Shown here: one piece after another, positions 57,556-64,000 of the stretch | Position numbering within the stretch: the stretch's first letter is position 1 | How the letters are laid out: the number at the start of each line of letters is the position of its first letter | Source: Phycisphaeraceae bacterium | GTDB taxonomy: Bacteria; Planctomycetota; Phycisphaerae; Phycisphaerales; Zrk34 | Reading direction: 5' to 3' | Assembly: GCA_040905565.1 (NCBI GenBank) | Contig: JBBDRF010000071.1 | Span: forward strand, 1 to 64,000 | DNA length: 64,000 nt | Program-made: the position numbers and the translations under genes | The notes under the pieces: model-generated | Database searches by the model: none | Seen by the model: only the letters and a program-made list of their open reading frames with translations | What the model was told of the DNA's origin: nothing

Positions 57556-60500
57556 TTATTCGGTGAGTGTCGTGAGGTACTCGACCAGGTCGACCAGTTC
57601 CTGTGCGGTCATCTGGCTTTGCAGGTTCGTGGGCATGAGTGACTGGTCCAGGGTCGTGCGTTCGACGACGTTCGCCTTTTGAACCTCCGTGGCGATGCCG
57701 CCCATCTGCACGACGGTAAGGGCGTCGTCGGTTTCGCTTGTGAGGTAGCCCATCAGTTGGTTGCCGTCGCGAAGGTTGATGAGTACGCCGCGATAGTCAA
57801 AGCTGATGTTCGCGCTGGGGTCGAGGATGGCGTGGTACATCGTCTCTTTGGCCAGCTTGGTGCCGATGCCCGAGAGGTCGGGGCCGAAGGCGATCCCGGC
57901 GCCGTTGACCTGGTGACAGGCGATGCAGGTGCGCATGTACACGACCTTGCCGCGCTCGGCGTTGCCGCTCCGGCTCACCAGTTCAGCGATCGGCGGCAGC
58001 GGCTCGGCCTCTGCCGTGCTCGGAAGCGTCAGCCGCTTGCCCGCTTCTTCACGGATGCGTTCATCACCTGATGCGTGCAGCACGTTCGCCGCGGAAAATT
58101 CCAGCTCGGCCGCGACTGCGTTGGCCTTCACCATCTCCAGCAGGTGCTGTTCACCCTGACGCGTTCGGCCCAGCGCCTCGATCGCCGCGGCCCGCGTGGC
58201 GCGGTCGCCGTCGGCGTCCTTCGCCAGATCTTCCAGCATCGCCAAGGCCTTCAACTCACCGGTCATGCCAAGCGTCTGCAGAATCGGCGCGGCAACTTCA
58301 TCGTCACTCAGTCGCTGCTCAATGAGCGTCCGCTGATCCCAATCCAGCAGCAGCCGCGCCGATTGCACGCCCATCTGCTGCTGCGGATGGCCGACGAGGA
58401 TCTCTACGAGCCGATCCGCATGATCGCGGAGGTTGAACTGCTGAATGATCCGCAGCGCGGCGGAAGCGTCGGCCTGCTCCATCGCCCGCTCCACGCCTTG
58501 CTTTACCGTCGGATTCGCTTCGAGATCGACCGACCCGATCTGTCGCAGCGCCAGGGATGTGATCGCATCAGCGCGATCGCCGGTTACCGTCAGCAGCGAT
58601 ACCAGAATTGGCCGCCGCGCTTCGGGTTCGTGAAAGTCCAGGGCCCGGAAATAACGCGGCAGCACGTCGGGCGATGTCGCTGGATCGGCAATCATCTTGC
58701 CCAGCAGCGGCAGCGCTCGCGGCGCCCGGCTGCGCCAGACGATTTCGCGCCCTGCGGCGCTGTTCCAATCGTCACCAACCTTCGCCAGCCAGGCATCGAA
58801 GAAGCGGTTCCACTGACGATCAGCACCGATGCCCAGCGCCTCAAGATAGAAGCTGTCGCCGTGCGTGTGCTGCATCGCGAGCTGCGCCCACAGATCGGCA
58901 GCCTCATCGCCCTCGTGGTGACGCAGGGCAATCAGCGCCTCACGCCGAACCGCCGGTGAAGGATCCTCCACCGCGCGGCTCACGTAGGGGAGAATGGGAA
59001 CATCAAGTTGCCGAGCTGCTCGCAGTGCGGTGATGCGGATGTCGGCATCAGCGTCGCCGAGCGCTTCGTCGATGACCTTCGTGCCGGAGCCTTCGAGCTT
59101 GGACAGCAGCCACAGCGCCCGAGCGCGATAGCGAGGGTTGTCGGATTCGTACATCTGCCGCAGGGCGGGAATCGCGTCGTTGCCCATCTCGTGCAGTGCG
59201 GTCCATGCGAGATAGCGGACCGCTTGGGTCGTGCTTTTGAGCGCTTCGGCAGCACCGGCGGCCGTGGTGAAATCAAAATCCGGCACGGTATAGGGATGCT
59301 CCGGCGGTGCGATGCGGAACACGCGCCCCCGCGCCTGATCGCCCTTGGCGTGTCCGCCGACGCCGGGGTCGTACCAGTCGGCTACGAAGAGCGAGCCATC
59401 GGGTGCGGCGCGGACGGCAACAGGGCGGAACCATTTGTCGCGTGCGCCATAGAGCAATGGCGTGATGCTGCCTTCGTACCCGGCGCCTTGGCGCGTCATC
59501 GGGTACGCACGCACGATATTCTTGCCCGGCTCAGCGTGAATCATCTGGTTACGGAACGCCGGCCCGAGCAGCTCGCCTTCGTAGAACGTGATGCCCGAAG
59601 GTGAACCCGCGCCGGTGTCGAGCACGTTGGGCACCACGCCGGGGTCGCCGTGATGCCAGTGGGCGAGAGAGGTGTTGGGGTGGCGATTGATGCGGTCGGT
59701 GTTCCAACCCGCGCCGGTGCGTTCGTCGGTGTAGCCGTAGTTGCCGAACTCCATGACGAAGTTAACGCGGGAGCCGCGATTGCCGTCGTCGTCGTTGTCC
59801 GACTGCCAGACCGTGCCGAACGAATCGACGGTCAGCTCGTAGGGATTGCGGAAGTTGTGGCCGAGCACCTCGAACTCCGACCCGTCGAGATTGCAGCGAA
59901 AGGCCATGCCCTTGCGATACGGCTGGCCGTTGTTGCGCACCTCGTTGCCGGCGAGATCGACGACAATGTTGCCCTCAGCGTCGTGCACCTGCCCACCGGT
60001 ATCGCCGAAGTTCCAGTAGAGCTTGCCGTCCGGCCCGAACGTGAACCTGTGGGCTGAGTGGTCATGCTGCGGGATGCCGGTGTTGGTGAACAGGACCTCC
60101 TTGCGGTCGGCGATGTCGTCACCGTCGTCGTCATGGAGGATGAAAACATCTGGCGAGCATGAGACGATGACCTTGTTGCCCAGCACGGTGATGCCCAGCA
60201 GCGAGTCGATGTCGTTGCCCTGGTAGAACGTGGTGACTTTGTCGGCTACGCCGTCGCCGGTGGTGTCTTCGACGATGAGGATGCGGTCGCCTTCGGGGCG
60301 TGTGCCCTGATGGCCGCGGTAGTTTTGTACGTCGGCGAGCCAGACGCGGCCGCGGTGGTCGATGTCGATCTGCGTCGGACTGGTGATCATCGGCTCGGAG
60401 GCAAAGAGCGTGACGTCCAGATGCTCAGCGACATCGAGTTGCCGCACCGCATTCTGAGGATCGCGCCCCTCATGTGCCGTACCCGCCCACTCTTCGTCGG

Positions 60501-61080
60501 TGATCACCTGGAATCGCACCGTCGCGCCGCCGCCTTGCGTCGTGCCCCCATCATCCAGCCCCGCACGCGCGATGAATTCCACGAAGTCATGGTTGGCCGG
60601 AAGCTCGTAGACGATCACGGAGTTCGCGTGGGTGCCGATGCCTTCTACCTCTTCTCCGTTGACACGAAGGGCCCCGCCGTTGGCGTTGGCGTTGAGCCGC
60701 ACCTGCCCCCAGCCGGCCGAAGCACGGGCCCATTCCATATCGGCCAGCTGGGTGACTTCTCCCCGGGCGTCGATCAAACGCGGCTCGATCCAGTTCGCCC
60801 AGTCGGCCATGAAGCCGTCGTCGGCATCGTCCACGATCAGCACGAGCTGCTTAGCACCTGTTACGTCCAGTTGAATGTCGATCGCGTGACCGGGAGTGTC
60901 CCGGGAGACGATGGGGCTTTGAAACAGCGGTCCATCATCAACCTCCGCGGGCTGCCCGGCCGGTCGCATCGACACCGGCGGAGCCGTCTCGTCGTCCAGC
61001 TGCAACCCGCCCGAAACACTGCCCGCCGCCAGCAGAGATGTCGAGACGACTAATAAAGCGATCAAGCGCATTCGGATCAT
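57556..61080 (-). CDS. PVC-type heme-binding CxxCH protein with NPCBM domain, dehydrogenase-like propeller and HEAT repeats
   Basis: Signal peptide; GIGTHANS; GHNFRNPYE; WFRP...DWYD; CIACH and GPDLSGIG. Confidence 0.9.
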   Translation of the reverse strand: MIRMRLIALLVVSTSLLAAGSVSGGLQLDDETAPPVSMRPAGQPAEVDDGPLFQSPIVSRDTPGHAIDIQLDVTGAKQLVLIVDDADDGFMADWANWIEPRLIDARGEVTQLADMEWARASAGWGQVRLNANANGGALRVNGEEVEGIGTHANSVIVYELPANHDFVEFIARAGLDDGGTTQGGGATVRFQVITDEEWAGTAHEGRDPQNAVRQLDVAEHLDVTLFASEPMITSPTQIDIDHRGRVWLADVQNYRGHQGTRPEGDRILIVEDTTGDGVADKVTTFYQGNDIDSLLGITVLGNKVIVSCSPDVFILHDDDGDDIADRKEVLFTNTGIPQHDHSAHRFTFGPDGKLYWNFGDTGGQVHDAEGNIVVDLAGNEVRNNGQPYRKGMAFRCNLDGSEFEVLGHNFRNPYELTVDSFGTVWQSDNDDDGNRGSRVNFVMEFGNYGYTDERTGAGWNTDRINRHPNTSLAHWHHGDPGVVPNVLDTGAGSPSGITFYEGELLGPAFRNQMIHAEPGKNIVRAYPMTRQGAGYEGSITPLLYGARDKWFRPVAVRAAPDGSLFVADWYDPGVGGHAKGDQARGRVFRIAPPEHPYTVPDFDFTTAAGAAEALKSTTQAVRYLAWTALHEMGNDAIPALRQMYESDNPRYRARALWLLSKLEGSGTKVIDEALGDADADIRITALRAARQLDVPILPYVSRAVEDPSPAVRREALIALRHHEGDEAADLWAQLAMQHTHGDSFYLEALGIGADRQWNRFFDAWLAKVGDDWNSAAGREIVWRSRAPRALPLLGKMIADPATSPDVLPRYFRALDFHEPEARRPILVSLLTVTGDRADAITSLALRQIGSVDLEANPTVKQGVERAMEQADASAALRIIQQFNLRDHADRLVEILVGHPQQQMGVQSARLLLDWDQRTLIEQRLSDDEVAAPILQTLGMTGELKALAMLEDLAKDADGDRATRAAAIEALGRTRQGEQHLLEMVKANAVAAELEFSAANVLHASGDERIREEAGKRLTLPSTAEAEPLPPIAELVSRSGNAERGKVVYMRTCIACHQVNGAGIAFGPDLSGIGTKLAKETMYHAILDPSANISFDYRGVLINLRDGNQLMGYLTSETDDALTVVQMGGIATEVQKANVVERTTLDQSLMPTNLQSQMTAQELVDLVEYLTTLTE

Positions 61081-61164
61081 CGGAAACTCCTGAAGTCGGG
61101 CATAATCTAGCAAGTGAATGGAAGCTGGCGAGCGGGGTCGTTGTGCGGATCGTGCTGAGAACAA

Positions 61165-62574
61165 TCAGCGCCGTTCCAGTTGTGATTCAACCGTGCTGAC
61201 GGTGCTGCGGTGTTCGTCGGCGAGGGTCTGGATCGCTTTGAGCACATCGCGATGGTCCTCCGCCTGATCGAAGCGTTCGGGAACGTCACGGCCGAGGTGG
61301 TAGAGTTTCGGCGGGGTGTGCTCCTGCCGTGCGGCACCACCCTGGTAGGCACCTTGTGTCACAAAATGCGCCTTCCATGGCCCCTTGCGGACGGCGTAAA
61401 GCTGCGTGCCGCGATAGTAGAACATCTCGTCGCGCGGGTGCTCACCTGTGCCGAGGAGCGTGGGCGAGAGGTCGTAGCCGTCAAATACGCGATCCTCGGG
61501 CATCTCGGCCCCGGCGAGCGCCAAGGCGGTGCTGAAGAGGTCAAGCGTCGAGCCGATGTCGCGGACGACGGCGGGTTCGATTCGCCCGGGCCACCAGAAA
61601 ATTCCAGGTACACGCATACCGCCTTCCCACGTGGTGCCCTTGCCGGCGCGGAGCAGCCCGGCCGAGCCGCCGTGCTCGCGGTAGGGCAGCCACGGTCCGT
61701 TATCGCTGGTGAAGACGACGAGCGTATTCTCCGCAAGCCCCAGCCGCTCAAGCGTCTCGCGAATCTGCCCGACGGACCAATCGATCTCCTCGATCACGTC
61801 ACCATATAGCCCGGCTTCGGATCGGCCTTGGAATTCGTCGCCGGCGAACAACGGCACATGCGGGAACGTCTGCGGATAGTAGATAAAGAACGGTTGATCC
61901 TGATAAGCCTCTATTTTACGGACGACTTCCTCCGTGTAGCGGCGTGTGAGCGTTGTCTGGTCCGCAGGACGCTCCACGATCTCAGTGTCCCGCAGCAGCG
62001 GCACGTTGAAGTATTCGACTTCGGGCTCGGGATAGTTCGACTGGAAGCCCCCGATGCCGGAGACGTTGTCCATGTCGTTGGAATAGGGGATGCCGAAGTA
62101 GGAATCGAACCCGTGGCTGGTGGGCAGGAATTCTTCGAGATGCCCCAGGTGCCATTTGCCGACGCAGGCGGTCGCGTAGCCGACTTCTTTCAGGGCGCGG
62201 GCGATGGTGATTTCGCTTTGCGGCAGGCCGCCCTTGGAATCGGGAAACAGCACGCGGCGGCGGTCGCTGGCCATCCCGCTCCGGACGGGTAGCCGACCGG
62301 TGAGCAGGCCGGCACGCGACGGCGTGCAGACGGAAGCGGCGGAATAGAAGCTCGTCCAGCGCTGACCCTCGGCGGCCATGCGATCCAGATGAGGCGTGTC
62401 GATGGTCGGGTGTCCGTAACTGCCGAGGTCGCCGTAGCCCATGTCGTCGGTGAAGATGATGATGATGTTCGGCGGCCGGTCGTCCGCTGCGGACGCGGGT
62501 GTCGTCGGCACAAGCACGAGCATTAACGCTATGGCGATCGCTGCGCTGCAAAGCAAATGTTGTCGCTTAAGCAT
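61165..62574 (-). CDS. Cys-type sulfatase (arylsulfatase A-like)
   Basis: PNIIIIFTDDMGYGD, CTPSRAGLLTG, GKWHLG and FTSDNG. Confidence 0.95.
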   Translation of the reverse strand: MLKRQHLLCSAAIAIALMLVLVPTTPASAADDRPPNIIIIFTDDMGYGDLGSYGHPTIDTPHLDRMAAEGQRWTSFYSAASVCTPSRAGLLTGRLPVRSGMASDRRRVLFPDSKGGLPQSEITIARALKEVGYATACVGKWHLGHLEEFLPTSHGFDSYFGIPYSNDMDNVSGIGGFQSNYPEPEVEYFNVPLLRDTEIVERPADQTTLTRRYTEEVVRKIEAYQDQPFFIYYPQTFPHVPLFAGDEFQGRSEAGLYGDVIEEIDWSVGQIRETLERLGLAENTLVVFTSDNGPWLPYREHGGSAGLLRAGKGTTWEGGMRVPGIFWWPGRIEPAVVRDIGSTLDLFSTALALAGAEMPEDRVFDGYDLSPTLLGTGEHPRDEMFYYRGTQLYAVRKGPWKAHFVTQGAYQGGAARQEHTPPKLYHLGRDVPERFDQAEDHRDVLKAIQTLADEHRSTVSTVESQLERR

Positions 62575-62701
62575 AAGAAACCCCTGTTGGATTGGGTGGG
62601 CGAAATCGTGTGAGCGACCATGATGGTACGTGAAGCGACGTAGCAAAGGAATGAAAAAAGCAAGGAAACCTGCGGTACGAAACCCGCATCATGGCTGAGT
62701 T

Positions 62702-63172
62702 TTATGGATCCGTCTCGTCATCCGCGTGCGAAGTTCGTCGGTCCAGTTCGTCGAGGAGTTTCATCGCCTTCTCGACATCGTTGGTGCCTTTGATCTCGAT
62801 CTCTTTATCGCCCATCTTCAGCCTGACCGACCGGCTGGACATGTTCTTCATCCATTGGAGCAGGAGGTCTTTGCCGAACTTGAAGAAAATCAAAGCACCG
62901 CCCGAGGCTGAGAAGGTTACCGCCAGAGTGGTGACCACATCTTGAGTGATACCGCCGTCGTAATGTTTCGCGTTGCCTCGGTAGGAAGAGATGTCCGTTT
63001 TAACCTTGCCCGAATTTCTCGCAGCATGTTCTTCCAGCAACGTTCGAATCTCGCAACTGCCTATCGGGTCCGCATCTTCGCGGGTCGATGACGAAGTGAG
63101 TTCGCCGGTGCGCCGCTCGTACCCATAATGATCGCGCTGGATTTCTTTCAAGGTGAACGTGATGTCGCTCAT
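62702..63172 (-). CDS. Hypothetical protein with a central hydrophobic hairpin
   Basis: Lower-GC 156 aa ORF; VVTTLAVTFSASGGALIFF followed by SVRLKMGDKEIEIKG. Confidence 0.6.
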   Translation of the reverse strand: MSDITFTLKEIQRDHYGYERRTGELTSSSTREDADPIGSCEIRTLLEEHAARNSGKVKTDISSYRGNAKHYDGGITQDVVTTLAVTFSASGGALIFFKFGKDLLLQWMKNMSSRSVRLKMGDKEIEIKGTNDVEKAMKLLDELDRRTSHADDETDP

Positions 63173-63355
63173 GCCGCGTTACCCTCCAAGCGGAATGTCT
63201 GGTGATCGCAGGGGCTGTGCCAGATAATTATATCTGCATAAGTCCCCAGGCCACGCGACACCCAACTCGGTTCGATCGCGGCGGGATGACGAACACAAAT
63301 GAAACCAGCATCACCCCCCCGCACCCAAACCCGCACCGCAGACCGATGAAACAAG

Positions 63356-63394
63356 ACGTGGGGCTCGAACCCATGACCCGCGGCTTAAAAGTTC
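63356..63394 (-). other. tRNA-Lys(TTT)-like 3' half fragment (possible att scar)
   Basis: Minus strand ACTTTTAAGCCGCGGGTCATGGGTTCGAGCCCCAC gives an anticodon loop and T-arm but no D-arm or 5' acceptor strand. Confidence 0.55.
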
Positions 63395-63726
63395 AAAACT
63401 CGCATTAGCCTGAACGCGTAACCCACGATAGACGCGCGGCTTCGGGATTGCAAACATTGTAGAGATGGCGCGGTTTTTCGCCCAATTTCACCCGTTTGCG
63501 CGGTGTACACCGCGCCAATTAGCTCGCAAGCTGGTACGTTTAAGCGGTGCGTCGGATCAAGGTAATCGCAGCGACGTTCAAGACGGAACAGGGGTAAAGT
63601 AATGCTGAAGTGGATTATTGGTTTCGTAGCCGTATTTTTGGAGCGGGGCGTCACTCTTCCGATCCTTGCAATGCCACGTCGCCGGGAGAGCCATTTGGAC
63701 CTAAGCATGGCTCGCAAGGACGTACT

Positions 63727-64000
63727 ATGGCTGCGGAGTCCATCATGACATTGGCAACTGTACTCTACAGCTACAGCTACCTTTCTCTGTTCGTGTACGG
63801 GCTGACGGGGCCGCTGTTGGCCTGGTTCCTGCCCCAGAGCATCCGCCGCGGGACGCGCGTGGCGATTGTGCTGGTCGGTCAGGTAGCGGCGGCAGGAGCG
63901 GCGATTGGCATGGGCGTGACGGGTTTTGACCGGTTCATGACGCACGTCGCGATGGAGATGCGATACGTTCTCTTCGATGATCCGACCCGGTCGGAGATGG
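63727..64000 (+). CDS. Membrane protein, runs off the window end (start uncertain)
   Basis: Open frame MAAESIMTLATVLYSYSYLSLFVYGLTGPLLAWFLP...VAIVLVGQVAAAGAAIGMGV to the end of the window. Confidence 0.4.
   Translation, partial: MAAESIMTLATVLYSYSYLSLFVYGLTGPLLAWFLPQSIRRGTRVAIVLVGQVAAAGAAIGMGVTGFDRFMTHVAMEMRYVLFDDPTRSEM

Overview
GC-rich bacterial chromosome, most likely Planctomycetota (Phycisphaerae-like), inferred from the PVC-type heme-binding protein, planctomycete-type FlgI and long sigma-70, MqnA and a sulfatase. Positions 1-31.1 kb and 55-62.6 kb are mostly intact core or metabolic genes: hisD-hisC-hisB, sahR...ahcY, xylA, mqnA, an FtsW/RodA protein, truB, tRNA-Ser(GGA) and tRNA-Ile2(CAT). 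Several REP-like palindrome families are scattered through them. A ~23.8 kb defence island lies at the 3' end of tRNA-Ser (~31.1-54.9 kb). It holds an intact ubiquitin-like conjugation operon (Ubl-E2-JAB-E1, BilABCD order) with a divergent CapH/CapP-like HTH + metallopeptidase pair and a visible palindromic operator. It also holds a frameshifted Wadjet type II locus, a broken Mrr-like nuclease, DUF4365, HEPN-like, PIN-like and UDG-like genes, and only a remnant of a serine recombinase. The less familiar signals are: (i) a stand-alone ~290 nt structured transcript at 14.2-14.5 kb with 17 nt of complementarity to the canonical 16S rRNA 3' tail and an 11-codon ORF; (ii) two single-gene cassettes bracketed by duplicated REP hairpins inside conserved operons (GxxExxY in his; a membrane gene between sahR and ahcY). 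All calls come from reading motifs by eye; no database search was run.
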